Shown in pieces: positions 1-12,846 of a stretch of DNA of 64,000 nucleotides; position 1 is the stretch's first letter, and each line of letters begins with the position of its first letter. Under the pieces are notes generated by a model that did no database searches, was not told the DNA's origin, and saw nothing but the letters and a program-made list of their open reading frames with translations. The position numbers were made by a program, and so were the translations under genes. The stretch covers positions 5,272,001-5,336,000 of the forward strand of contig NC_045696.1 in the NCBI RefSeq assembly GCF_009834535.1, given 5' to 3'. The DNA comes from Camelus ferus. Lineage: Eukaryota.

Positions 1-2578
1 CTTCATTCTGCTCCAAGTCCATCTTTTTTCTTCCTTTCAGAGCATTGGAATAATTTGAGTGTTTTCCTGTCTTTTCAGAAGGGCGAAACCTTCTCAGACT
101 CATGTTGGCCCCAGCTTCTAAACTCCAAAGTACCAATTTTAAAGGATTAAACTCTGCAAATTTCACCACCATAGAGGATTTTCTAAAGTTCCCCAGTTTG
201 AAATAGAAAGAAAAGTCAAATGCAATCATAATCCCAGGACATGTTCAGGTAGCCTTGAAGGAGAATTAGTTCACCTAATTAATATAAAAAACTTGACTTG
301 AGAACATTGAGTGTCCACCTCCCCTCACCCCATCATTCTAGAGAGTTTGACTTTAAAGCGGAAAAGTAGGATCTCAGGCAGATGGACTGCATTCCGGGGA
401 CTCAGTGCAGGAGGAAAAAGGCTGATAAGAAGAAAGGCCAGAATGCCTTAGGGCTCTCGTGGAATTAGTCAGGCTCTGTGAATGCCTTGGAAAGCAAACA
501 GCAATGTGGGTTGAAAAATCACCACAAGGATGCCAGAAAGGTACCAAAGCTGTTTTCAGACTCTTCTCCTTCCCTGTGCTCTCTGCAGCACTGCCTGATT
601 AGAGGTACTTTCTCCAGCAGCGTACCAGCATCGAGCATCAGCCCCGATCAGCTCCTCTGCATCCTTCCTGGACCCCTGCCAGCAGCTGAGCCGAGGGGCT
701 GTGCTATCTTGCCGGACACATTCTCTTTCCGGCTCTTCAGCCCTGTGCCTCTAATCCAGGCAGACAGGTGTTTCCCTTTGTGGATTTTCAGGGATTACAA
801 GCTTTCTTAGACGCACAAGGCTATCGGGCAGATGCGCCCGTTGTGTATAAAGAATTTGACTTTGGGTGCAAAGCTCTGATGCTTTGAAAGGGGGTCTGTG
901 AAGCAAAGCTAGAGGCAGGTCCGGATGCAGCCGGGCTGATTAATGCTCGCTACTGCTCAACATTTCAAACCCAGGACTGCAGTCAGCCTTGACTACCCAC
1001 CCCCCATCCGTCATGCATCACCTCATTCCTTACCCTTTTCCTTTGCAACAGAAAAAAAAAAAAAAGAGGAGCAGAAACAGATGAGACTACGTCCATCCCC
1101 GACTTACCATATTTTAAAATGCCCTCCAAACGTTCTGACCATGACCAGGCAGTCCACGTTGAAATATCCGAAGGACGAGGGTGGGCTCTTCACAGAGGCG
1201 TGTGCCTTTGTTCATAAATGTGTATTTCCGTGTAAACAGAGACCTGCATTCAGTTCCAGAAACTGCTGTTCTGTGGGTTTAAACTGCATGCACAGCCCCC
1301 TGGCCCCACAGCCTCAGTCTCCCTTCCATGTTCCCTTTTGCAGATTTCAGGCAAAAACATTGCTTCTATTTGCTTTTTTCTAAAGTGATACTTTCTTAAG
1401 GGCTCACAGCCAGACCCATGTTGATTTGCCGGAAAGCGCTTTTTGGAGGCGAGTCCTTTTAAGGTTCGGGCTTTGTTATCGTACTTACCAGGAAGACAGG
1501 CTCATATATTTGTAAAAAGAGAATCAAATCAAACACCCAAGAAAAAATAAAGTTATGTGGTTTCTGGGCTAGGGAGCCGAACCACAAACAGCACCTCTGT
1601 GTCAGAAGGATGAGCTCACGGTAGAGTTTGGGTTTTAATTTTAAGCATTATTTGATAATAATGTGCTGACAACGAATCCCAAGGAGACATGGAAGAACGT
1701 TTTTCCAGCAAGTGGACAACTGCTGAAGTCCAGACTCCTACAGATTCAGGCGAAGAATTCAGATGTGGGCTGTGCCTGGTCGGACAGCCACCACCACTGC
1801 TTAGCCAAGACCTTTCGTGTGACAGTGTGACAGGGGGGCCACCAAGCCCCCCATCCAGAAGCTCTTATAAACCAAAACTCAAGCAGAATATTTTCATTTC
1901 AAGAACTCCAACCCCCGCCCCCGCCTCAAATTCCAGTGTCAGGCAACAGGATGAATGATGATTCAACTCTGAAATAATTTTTTTAATAAAACATATTTTT
2001 TCAAAGGACCAGCCTTGAAAGATCATCCTTTGAAGCATTCTAATTATTCACAGAGGTAGTGGAAGCATTTCTTTCTAGATCAAAAATGGAAGCAGTGAGA
2101 AAATGCCCTTTTTGGTTGCAGCAGCTCAAGGGAGCATTAAATAGAGGCTGATGACAAGAAACGGATGAGAGAAACCAATTTAGGTAGAACGTTAGAGGGA
2201 AAGTGTCTAACATCAGTCTGTTAGAGAATAGAAGGGTTCCCCGGAGCGGCGGCATCTGACCTTTTGCTGAAGTCACTTTAAGCTGCGCTGAGGCACGACA
2301 CGGCAGGGAGCTCTCCTCCGCCAGCTGGGAATGGCCAGGGCAGCTTAACAGGCTGCTTCCGCCCAGATATGTAATTGGCAAGATTTTTTTTGTTTTGTTT
2401 TGTTTTGTTCAAATCTGAGGTGTGTGAAAAGACAAAGACAATATCTTTTTTGCACGAGTCTCAGTACTGTCTTCTAAGACCCCATTCGGGCCTTCCATAC
2501 ACAGATCTGGCTTATAACTTCAAAATTATAGTGCAATTCCTACACACCCTGCTGTCATTTAAGATATCACTGGGCTGT

Positions 2579-2738
2579 GGGGAGAGGGTATAGCTCACAT
2601 GGTAGAGCCCATGCTTAGCAAGCACAAAGTCCTGGGTTCAATCCCCAGTACCTCCACTGAAAAACCAAAGAAACTTAATTACCTCCCCACTGCAAACAAA
2701 CTAACAAAAAAAAATTACTAAAAAAAAAAAAAAAAAGG
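2579..2738 (+). mobile_element. tRNA-derived SINE (camelid Vic-1-like), long-tail form
   Basis: Head GGGGAGAGGGTATAGCTCACATGGTAGAG (A box), GGTTCAATCCCC (B box), A-rich tail; 16-bp TSD AGATATCACTGGGCTG (2562-2577) / AGATGTCACCGGGCTG (2739-2754). Confidence 0.92.
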
Positions 2739-5700
2739 AGATGTCACCGGGCTGGATTTGTAGAAAATGCCAGTGAGACATTTTTAAGAAGTAGCTGCAA
2801 CTCAACATTCGATTGCCGCAGGGCTGGAGAAGGTACATGCCGGCAACTTCACACACGATTCCAAAGAGGCAGGGAACCCGGTGACAGCTCCCAGACCCAC
2901 ACGGGAAATGGTTATCAAGTTTCAAAAGAAAATTGGAATACTTTCTGGCTGCAAAACCACAGTAACAATTTAATTTTAGGGGTGAAGGGAGAGCTGACAG
3001 CAGCCTCTTCATGTGCACAGGTGTGCCCATTTCAGCCCTAGGAGGCCACCCACTGCTTTGTGTTCCCATCATGCATGGGCCATTGTTGTCTACACCTGCC
3101 CTCGCCTGGAGGCCAGTCACCTGCAGGGCAGGTTGTTGCAAACCCGAATGCACACTACCGAAACATCCAGAGAAATAAGCCCTCTTTCCATGTTTGGCCA
3201 TCAGCTGGTTAGAAATACAGTTTGTCCCTATAAAAGGCCGTATTTTTCATTTTCACCCATTTTGTTGAAATAGTTCCATTATTTGTTATCACATGTTCCC
3301 GGCTAGTAACAATCCCGTTCAGATTCTGGACATTGTACCTTCTTTCCTTTCCACGGCCTCCACCAAGAAATAGCATGTGATTTCCCCTCTGGACTCCCAG
3401 GCAACAAGCCCCTGATGTGTGCAGAAAGATCAAAAGAAGTCAAACCTGCTATAGTGTCCCGGGAAAAAGACAGAATCAGAAAGTGTCAAAATTAGACAAG
3501 AGTCTAAAGACAACATCGTCCCACAAAGAGGACCTTGGGACCCAAAGAGATGAATCGATTCACCACGAGTGAACCCCCACTAGCAAATGGCCAAACCACA
3601 GAATGGCTGGGACCAGAGGTCTTGGGGATTCACCCTTCCCCCACACCTTTACGAGGAGGAAATGAAGAATCAGAAAAGGTTTTCTCGCCAGACCCTGCAG
3701 CCGTGCCGGCTAAGAGATGCAGCAATCAGGAAATGGCTAAAAAGTAGGGTCTTAAAAGCAATTGACTAAAACAGAAAAAGCACTGCCAAGGAGGCAGCCT
3801 GGTGTCAGCTCTTCCATGAGTAGACCCAGTGAAAATTTCATGCTAAACGTTTCTCTACTTCTTTGTGAAACAGGCAACAATTATTGAGTACAACTGCCTG
3901 AGAGGAGCATTTAGAGCACTCTTCACGGCCAGAAAGTGCATTATAATAACAAGCAAGCATCTTCAGGGGCTGTTTCTGATGACCCTGCCTGTTTTTAAAG
4001 CACACTGTAAAAACACAGTCTTTACGGACTGGTGGGAAATTGGATTTCGGTGAGGGCACATGGACTCCAACTGCCAGGAGGTTTATGTTTGCACTGAAGC
4101 TCTGAAACCCTGAAGTTTCAGAAAGCTCGGAGGCAGGCAGACTCGGCGTCTCACCGTGATTGGCACACTGAGCGCCTGCTGCGCGGAGGGAAACGGGCTC
4201 TGCCGGGGAGGGCGCTCGGTCCCACCGCGCTTGGGTCCGTGAGCGGAGTGTGACTGGACGAGCCTGAAGCGGGAATGGCTTCACTCGCACCAGCACCGAG
4301 CATCTCCCTGACATCCGAGGAGACTTTGCTTCCCAAATGAATGCCAGAGCACGGTTCAATTTTCAATTATCCCCAGGGTCTGGGATGGTGGAATGGTAGA
4401 GAGAGAAGAATATGCCTTGGAAATACTGAAGGAGCCACTTGCCAAGCACAGAAGTAGCAGCAAGCTTCCACCGCACGTAATGGTAAGTGACAGTAAGGAG
4501 CGTTCTCAGAAACACGTGCAGAGGCCATGTCGCTGTCGGCCCGGGTTCCACCCTTCCTCTGGCCCCTCATCGGGGGCTATGGGATCAGTACATAGTTCAG
4601 CTGATCGCTGGTCTCCTGGATTCCAGGTCCCAGCAGGAAGAAGGAAGGTGGCAGCTGCAACAGGACGGCAGTGGCAAGAACCCAAAGGAGTCCCAGAGGG
4701 TTGATGAGAAGCATCTCCTCTTTAGTTAGCTTTTAGAGAAAGAGGGTAATCTTCAAGAGAAATATAATTTTAATGTCTTATTAAATTAAATCTAGTAGTA
4801 TGCAAATAATTGCCCTCACTCTTGACAAGCGGCAATTTTGTAAATAGCAACAGCAGCAACAATAACAGTAAATACTCCAAATTAATGCTGGAAAAAGCAA
4901 AGTCTATAAATAATCGCCTTTTATATTCAGTGACCCCACACACTGGTTATCCTTCTTCCCTCTTGAACTTTTGAAGTATGACTTATACTCAAGGGGCTCC
5001 AATCCTCATTTCTTTGGGAAATATTGTCACCATGGTGCCCAAAAGAACAATCCCCCTGGTTGTGCAGGGAGGAAGAGGAATGCAGGATTGGGCTCTGCTT
5101 CGTACTGAATTAAAAGAAAGGGATGGTCATGCCTTGTATTTTGTTAAGCAGCTGGGCTCGCAGTCACAAGCTGGAAGTTTAACTCAAAGTTCTGAAACTC
5201 AGGAGTCCAAGAGGGACTTAAAAAAAAGCAAATCTTCTCCCTGATGCCTCCCCAGGACAGTGGAGGCAAATGTTAGCGTCTCTTTTCTGAAACGCTGGCT
5301 GGGAGAGCACAGGGCCGTCCACCGCAGATCAACACTTCAGCCCCAGGCCACGTGGCAGCTGGTCCAAGCCTCCCCCCGGGGCCACCTGGAGTCCTGGCGG
5401 TCCCGCTCCTCCCCACCTTCCCGGTGGCCAGAGCAGCTGAATGAGTCTCCCCAGACACAGTGCCCTCCCTTCCTGAAGGCAGCTTTTCTGGAAGCCCACA
5501 ACGGGTGGTGTCTGGCTTCCAGCCTCAGCTCATTGGAGGAGGTCTGACCATGCCGCTCACCCCTGTTCAGGCCCTGGTGGCCCCAAATTCCAGGAGGCTG
5601 GAGGCTTCTGTCCTCTCCCTCCTGCTCTGACACAGTTGAATTCAGGGGGAACCTGACCTGCTCTGCGCTCACACCCCCATTCCCAGCGGGCCGGTCTCCA

Positions 5701-6204
5701 GCAGGGTTTCCCTTCAGACCAGACCGAGATGTTCACACCTCTGCGTCCGCCCCCTCCATCTCTGGCCACCTCCCTTGGCTCCAAATGACACCTGAGCGGG
5801 GCCAGGGGGTGGCTCAAACTGACAGCATGAACACACATTGATCTTTACAGAGGCAGCCTAATTGCTCTGAGAGTGTCGACTATGTCCTCTTTTCCTCAAA
5901 TATCTGACAGTTTTCCTTCTTTTAAAAATATTAAGCCAACCAAGGACACTCTAGTTAAAATAGAAAGATGATATTGATGGCCTGATTTTTTCTTTTTTTC
6001 CTGAAACTAGTCTAGACTTTGTGTACAAAAATCACGCCTGCTCTGTCTTTGTAAAGCTGCAGTCGCACAGTATAGCAGGCTACGTCTGTAATTAGGGAAG
6101 CCTGAGGGGGGCTTTCCGGCGACCTGGCCCAGAGCCCAGCGAGAGAAGGGCAGGCACGGGTAAGAGGCAGTGCAATTTGTCACCTCCTGCCCCCCCTCCC
6201 CGAT

Positions 6205-6244
6205 CCACTCTCCACCCTTCCCCACTCTCCACCCTTCCCCACTC
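6205..6244. repeat. 17-bp tandem duplication (CCACTCTCCACCCTTCC x2.3)
   Basis: Directly visible exact repeat. Confidence 0.85.
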
Positions 6245-6360
6245 CTCCTAAGCCTTGTGCTGTGGCTTTGGTTGGATTCCTCCAGCGGGTGATACTAGAG
6301 GTAATCAGAAAACTGAAAAAGAGAGCTCTGGGTGGTTTACTTCATTGCTCCCTTCTCTTC

Positions 6361-6563
6361 TAGGGTTGCCAGACAAAATGTGGACTATTCAGTTAAACTT
6401 GAATTGCAGGTAAACGACAACAAATAACAATAACAAATGTTTAGTGTAAGTATACCCCCAAGTATTCCGTGGGATATACTTATGCTATTTTGTTTCTTGC
6501 TTACTGGACATTGAACTTCAATGAGGCACCCTGTATTTTTATTGGCTAAATCTGGCAACCCTA
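6361..6563. mobile_element. MER53-like palindromic MITE (hAT DNA transposon fossil)
   Basis: Perfect 13-bp TIRs TAGGGTTGCCAGA / TCTGGCAACCCTA; central near-palindrome TAAGTATACCCC...GGGATATACTTA; about 200 bp, matching the recalled MER53 consensus. Confidence 0.88.
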
Positions 6564-6879
6564 AGAGTCTGCAAAATTGCCCAAAGATCAGCTCTGTCCT
6601 TCAACAAAAGACCACGGCCCCTGTGGGTTACCCGTCCGCACACACCCTTTCTGGATTCTGGGCCTCCCTGCAGGCCCTGCCACTGCCAGTCTGTGTGAGT
6701 TTCCCTAAACCCTGCCAACACCTTTGCAAATGGTCCCTTTGTAGTCAACACTCCTCAAATTGCTAGTGGAGGAGCTCCTCCCCAGACCACGCCTGACACG
6801 CCCGTCACTAAGGATGCCCCGCTTCACTCTCCCAGTGTTGCTCTTCCAAGGTCCGCCATCCTCAGCTCTGAGTGCCCTC

Positions 6880-6935
6880 TCCAGCACATGTCAGGTGCCT
6901 AGCAAGTACTTCCTGAATGAATGAATGAATGAATG
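6880..6935 (+). mobile_element. L2 3' end remnant
   Basis: CAGCACATGTCAGGTGCCTAGCAAGTACTTCC followed by a (TGAA)n tail, typical of the L2 terminus. Confidence 0.6.
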
Positions 6936-7717
6936 CTCAGCGCCAAGCTGGAGTCCAGAGTACTTTACGGCCTCCCTTGTCTGGTTACTAAGGACCTAAA
7001 GGTCTGTATCCAGGAGGGATTCTATTCCAACTAGCAAAGAGTAGAGCTCGGTCTGGGATGTACGTGAAGGAGGGCAGAGCAAGAGAAGGGGAAGGAGCCC
7101 ACGGGTTAGCAAAGAAGCGGTTTACGTGCATCCCAGTTGACTATCCCTGCAGCATGAGTCACTTCAGATTAGCAGCTTAAACACAGAACCGAGTATTCTC
7201 TCCCCCAGCGTGGGCTCAGCGGGGCATCTCCTGGGCAAAGTCCCCCACGCGATTGCAGCCGGACGGCCCTGCGGCTGAGGCACCTGGAGGACCTCCACCC
7301 ACACGTCCGCCAGCCGGGCTGGAGAGCTGGTACGACCGCGGGCTGGGGGGCACCTGTCCACAGGGCTGCCCGCGGGCTGCCTGGGCTTCCTCACAGCACG
7401 ATGGCTTTAAGGTAGTGGGAGTTCTTGAGTGGCAGCTGGCTTCTCCTACAGCAAGCATTCCCAGAGAGAAAAAGGTGGAAGGTGCCAGTTTCTTAAGGTC
7501 TGAACCCAGAAACTCACAGGCCTCCCTCCCCTCTGCTGTGTGCTGTTGGCCTGAGGGGTCCCAGCTGCCCGAAGCAAGAGGAGGGGCTTAGAACTCCCTC
7601 TCCTCTGCAGCTGTCTTTACTCCTCTTCAAAATCTGATCCCAAAACAGAAATCATACAAAATCGCAGCCAGTACACAAAGTGATCCAGAAATATTCACAT
7701 GGTGATTAAAGTCAGGA

Positions 7718-7975
7718 AAAATATACTACTATACAGAGAATAAATAAACAAGGACCTACTGTACAGCACAGGGAACTATATTCAATAGCTGGTCATAACC
7801 TAGAATGGAAAAGAATATATCTATATATCTATATCTGTATCTATATCCAGATAGAGATAGAGATAGAGATATATGACTGAATCACTATGCTGTACACCAG
7901 GAACTAACACAACATTGTCAATCAACTATACTTCAATTAAAAATCAAATAAATAAATAAATACAATAATAATAAA
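7718..7975 (+). mobile_element. 5'-truncated L1 3'UTR (cetartiodactyl type)
   Basis: AACAAGGACCTACTGTACAGCACAGGGAACTATATTCAATA ... TGCTGTACACCAGGAACTAACACAACATTGTCAATCAACTATACTTCAATTAAAAA plus A-rich tail. Confidence 0.88.
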
Positions 7976-8160
7976 AGGAAGGGAAGCTTTATGCCCCTGA
8001 CTTAGAAAAGTAATTAGAGTCAAATTAATTTCCATACAAAAAGGTTTCCAATGACCTAGCTGCAGGACAGCAGTGTAGAAAGCATGAGGGGAAAATATAT
8101 CATGAAATGAATAATATATATTTAATTGTTTTTAAAAATACATTTGTATGTGACACCCTC

Positions 8161-8435
8161 AGACCAGCATCACGGCAGGTAATGTGTGCAGGGACCCACT
8201 CTCAGGAAGGCCCAGGCTTGTTTAATGCTCTGCTTAATACTTTTTAAGGGGGGAGGGTATAGCTCAGTGGTAGAGTGTGTGCTTAGCACGCACAAGGTCC
8301 TAGGTTCAATCCCCAGTACTTCCATTAAATACATAAATAAATAAATAAATCTAACTATCTATCCTCTGCAAATAGAATGTTTAAGTACTTTTTAGAAACG
8401 AGCCTATGTTTTCCATTTTCCCTTGGACCCTTGTC
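8161..8435 (+). mobile_element. MER91A-like hAT fossil interrupted by a SINE
   Basis: CAGGGACCCACTCTCAGGAAGGCCCAGGCTTGTTTAATGCTCTGCT resembles the recalled MER91A middle; degenerate continuation after the SINE. Confidence 0.45.
8248..8380 (+). mobile_element. tRNA-derived SINE (Vic-1-like)
   Basis: GGGGGGAGGGTATAGCTCAGTGGTAGAGTGTGTGCTTAGCACGCACAAGGTCCTAGGTTCAATCCCCAGTAC, (TAAA)n tail; TACTTTTTA on both flanks as probable TSD. Confidence 0.92.
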
Positions 8436-8717
8436 CTTGGTAGAGAGCGAAAGAGGTAAGGGACAGTTAAGAATGAGCTTATAGGGGCTTGTCTTCCAGA
8501 GCCTGTGGCTGGGTGATGTCATGCCAATCTCGAGACAAACTCTGCCATGTGATGACCCATGGACTTTGTTCTCCTGATTCCACCCCAAAAAGCAGGAGGC
8601 ACCTTCCCTCTGTGAGAGAAAGCCACATTGATACAGCCAATCCTCTAAACTAGGTTTTAGCCCAGGATCAAAAAAACTCAACCACACTTTGAAGTCACTC
8701 TTAAAAAGAGGATTCAG

Positions 8718-9197
8718 GATAAAAAATATGTGGCATACATCTATCTACAATGGAATACTATGCAGCCATTAAAAAGGATGAAAGTTTGCCATTTGCAGCA
8801 ACATGAATGGACTTGGAGGGCATTGTGCTAAGTGAAATAAGTCAGAGAGACAAATACTGTATGATATCACTTATATGTGGAATCTAAGAACTACAATAAA
8901 CTAGTGACTATACCAAAAAAGAAGGAGACTCACAGATAGAGAGAACAAACTAGTGGTTCCCAGTGGGAAGAGGGACGAGAGTAGAGGCAAGATAGGGGGA
9001 GGAAATTAAAAGGTACAAACTATTAGATATAAAATAAGCTATAAAGATATGTTGTACAACACAGGGACTATCGCCAACATTTTATAATAACTATAAGTGG
9101 AGTATAATCTTTAAAAATGTAAATTGCTACATTGTATATCTGTAACTTATATAATGTTGTACCCTAACTATATTTCAATAAAGACAATTAAGAAAAG
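8718..9197 (+). mobile_element. L1 3' fragment (degenerate ORF2 C-terminus + 3'UTR)
   Basis: ACAATGGAATACTATGCAGCCATTAAAAAGGATGAA...GCAACATGAATGGACTTGGAGGGCATTGTGCTAAGTGAAATAAGTCAG corresponds to the L1 ORF2 end (TMEYYAAIKKDE...MDLEGIVLSEISQ); TSD AAAGAGGATTCAG (8705-8717) / AAAGATGATTCAG (9198-9210). Confidence 0.93.
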
Positions 9198-10499
9198 AAA
9201 GATGATTCAGAGCCAGTCTGTTCTTAGCCTAATTGAATGAAAAGTGGTCACTTTCTGAGCACAAAGGACCCACTTAGGAGAGAATATCAATTGTACTTGG
9301 AGTGAAATAGCACCATTTCTCGACTGAATCACCTGCATTGAGCCAAATCTTCACAATTAATTATATCGATTCGAAACTCCCACTCATTACTGATTAAGAA
9401 GTTGGAAGAAACCAATCATTTGTGTTGCGTGGACATTACATAAGCTCACAACAATCCCCAGGTGCTCCTGCCAAAGCTATGTTCTAGAATCTCTGGCAGA
9501 AAGCTTTCGTGTGAGACCCAAGGAGACTTCGGCCCTCTGGTCTGAGCAAGTCCCATGGTTGCTCTAAGGATGTGCCTGGGGGCGTTCACAGGGGCTCGGA
9601 GGCGCCTTTCCCCCACACAACTCAAACAGAAGAGCAGGTCCAGCCTAAGAGGAAGTCTTGCTCGAAAACATCCTTTCCGAAGAAGGAATGTTAGCATTTC
9701 TACACACCTTTATAATCACAGATGTACCCCCCCCAATAGGAACCCTACAAATTTAAACCATCTTATTATGTAGCTCAGGCTGAAATTGGTTCTCTCTTCT
9801 GAAAACGTGCTGCTGTGCAAATTAATTCTACAAATAAAACTATGAATGCATCACCAACTTAAAAGAGCAAAATGTTTCCAGGCACTTGGAGAAGTATTAT
9901 TTCCAAACAAATAATTGATGAGTGAATATGAAACATTCCTGTCTCCTGATTGGAGCCAAAGAGACAAGGGCCCCCATTGTCCTGGTACAAGCTACGTCGT
10001 AGCCAAAACAGATCTGGAGTGGCAATTCTTTTGGCATAATTTCTAACCTCATGTTTTCACAAAATTCTTTCTTCAGTTAGTCTAAAGCTAAGTAATGTTT
10101 CATCTCAAAAAGAAGGAAGGAAGCAAGGAGGCGAGGAAAGAGAAAATACAGAGAAGCCCACAGATTAGAACATCGCTTCCATTTTTTTGTTTTGAAAATT
10201 AACATGGCTTTCCCTGTCATTAGTCTAAGATCTCACCTGTTTGCCAGGGGCTAGTTAACTGCACTGATGACATGATGGTTCTGTTGAGACTATGGTTTCC
10301 AGCCTGGCCAAGATGTACGTCTGTTAACCTCCTCCAGTCATATGGGCTCCGACCACAGCCCACCCTATCTGCCAGTTTACAACCAAGACCCACCTGGTCA
10401 AGAGAAAACTCAGGAAAGAGTGTACTTGGGGACACCTGGTGTGTTTAGACTGGGGGCCAGATGACCTGCAGTCTTCCCTCCTCTGATTTATGCGACTTG

Positions 10500-11063
10500 T
10501 GTTAGGTAGTTAGGTAAGTGGGGACACCAGGGAGATAAGGTGGAGGAGAGAGAGGAGGGTCTGGAAGATGGCGTTATGCCCATCTTCAGCATAAAGGGGC
10601 CTTACTTCTTCTAAATGAGTGCCAGCAAGAAACCACTTAGAACCTGGCAGCCACAACTGCACGATAGTGACAAGGACCTAACGAGACACAACCCAATGCT
10701 CATTGTAATATAATTAGCATTGCGGTTTAGCTCCCCCGCACGCCACCCCCACGCGCTTTTCTGTGTGCATCATGGGTAAGGACACGCACAAAAGGGGACG
10801 AGCATGACTAAGCACGCCAGGGGCAAGAGCCATCAGTCAATCAGGAGACCCCCTCTGAGCGAGGGTATAGAAGTAGGGGCAGACAAAGACCACTGCCCTC
10901 CACCCCTGGGTCAGCCGGCCTCCCAGGCTTGGAGGGGTTCTTTCCCTCCGCTAATAAATCCTTTAAAATCTTTCGCTGCGCAATGCTCCTGTCTCCCATC
11001 TGAATTCTTCTCTTTCAGGTAAGAAAAGAACTGGGGTCTTTCCCCTTCCCCTTTTGGGTAACA
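10500..11063 (+). mobile_element. Solo LTR, ERV1 (class I)-type, 564 bp
   Basis: Termini TGTTA...TAACA (inverted), perfect 4-bp TSD CTTG (10496-10499 / 11064-11067), CAAT-like CAGTCAATCAGG near 10835, TATA-like GGGTATAGAAG near 10863, AATAAA 10953-10958. Confidence 0.9.
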
Positions 11064-12819
11064 CTTGGACCTATCACCTGACTTCCTGAGGATCTTGGCC
11101 TGACATGGCCTCCCTACCCTCCCCCAAGTCTGCCATGGAATCAGCTGTGTGTGAGAGCGTTTTAACCTACACAAATGCACACAGAGGTAGGGAACCGTAA
11201 CCAGGAACAGGTAAAAATCTCTGCTTTTATTAACAAGGCTTCAAGCATGTTTACTCCTAGACACTGGGTCAGAAGCATCGTATTTATTGAAGGTATTACC
11301 AGCACATTGAAGTTATTATAATGTTCCACCTGAAGGGGAAAAAAAATCTTATAACCGAGATTGGCAATAATAAATTCCCTGTCAACACTGATCCCTAACA
11401 GAGCCCCACAAAGAATCGATTCACTTGTTGAACAGTATTACCCATTGACTAGCTTTGTGTGCAGACCTGACGGTCGAAAGGCCTGGCTTAATAAGCAATT
11501 CCAATTTCATTCCAGCCCCGTCTGACTCAATATCACAAGCAACTTTGTGTATCCACGTATTCCTTCTGGAATAGAGATTCTTTGGCGTGTTCGGAGCCAA
11601 CACCACAGAGGGCACATCCTGCTAACAATGCCTGAAAGCCGGTTAGTGTTTCATCCATCCTTGTTTTGAATTTGTTTTCTGGTTACTTCAAATACAGAAA
11701 GAGAAGGGGAAAGGGGCCAGGCGACCCCTGATGGAGAGCAGAGCCATCTGATTTTTCACCTTGAAGGCTCTGTGTGTCTGCGGTATTCACGGCAGCACGT
11801 ACAGCACTTCAGCGCGGGTGGATGCGGGGCTTCGTGCAGCCCGCGGTTTTATTGCTCTAGCAAGAAACAAATTTAGAGCTTTCTGGCACAGGAACAGTCG
11901 CACACCTTGGTGATTGATAACTTCGGGGAGGTGCTTTTCCCAGAGCCAGATGCAGTCTGAAAGTTTAACCAGCTCATTTCTGATGAGCAGGGCGGCTCAA
12001 CATTCTAAGGTGTCACTTTCCCTTTTCGAAGAGGCTTATTAGGGATTAAGCATGGTAAATTTCCACCTAAACTCCTACCCAGATTTGGGCAGAATTGGTG
12101 AATTACATCCTGTGTGGAGCAGAGCTCCCCATGCCCCTGGCTTCCAGCCCCCTGCCACAGCAGCCTGCAGAAACACCACATCCACATTCTCTGCATCCAT
12201 CCCTGGACTCAACGGTCACATCCCGTATCTTAGGCAGAACTGAGTCACGTCTCCGCTGTAGGCAGTTACAGGCCGTGAGCCCTCCGTGGTCTTTCTGGAA
12301 ATTGCATTTCCTCTTCTTGTCTCCCATCCCAACCTCCTGTGTTCAGGAACCAGATCAGTCCAGCAGCATCTCCCACCAGAAGTGACTGTCTCTCTTGGGT
12401 GTGGTAGTGAGCGCACAGTCCCCTTTCCTTCCCGGCCCCAAAGGCGGTCCCTGCTTTCTCCAAGCTGATCTTCCATCCTTGCACAAAGACCTCATCCCAC
12501 ACACTTCCACAAACCAAGGAGCGGTGATAGATTAAAGGTATCCCAGGTAAAATCTGCCCAAATCGATTTGTAGGCACGGAAAAATCACCCAGGACACTGA
12601 AAAAAAAACTGGGGATCAACTGGGCAATCTGGAGCCAAGAGGGAGGGGGCACGGGTGGGGTGTGAGGTGCTTTGGGAATAAATACTTGAATTTTACTTCT
12701 TATTTGGAAAATCAGACTCAGATGAATGGTATCTATTTATCTATGAATGTAGGTCCTTCTCAATCAAATTCTCTCTACAACTACTTGATAGCAGAAAAAT
12801 AAAATTACTCTCTGTGCGA

Positions 12820-12846
12820 GTGTGTGTGTGTGTGTGTGTGTGTGTG
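12820..12846. repeat. (TG)n microsatellite
   Basis: Directly visible TG run. Confidence 0.95.

Noticed and set aside
2579..2660. tRNA-Ala-like genes (also at 8248, 19150, 23638, 45580, 51049)
   Set aside because: A-rich tails, TSDs and stem-breaking substitutions identify them as SINEs, not tRNA genes.
4140..4320. CpG island/promoter (also 7200-7400, 31050-31450, 51280-51400)
   Set aside because: Patches are short and only moderately CpG-rich, with no associated first exon evident.
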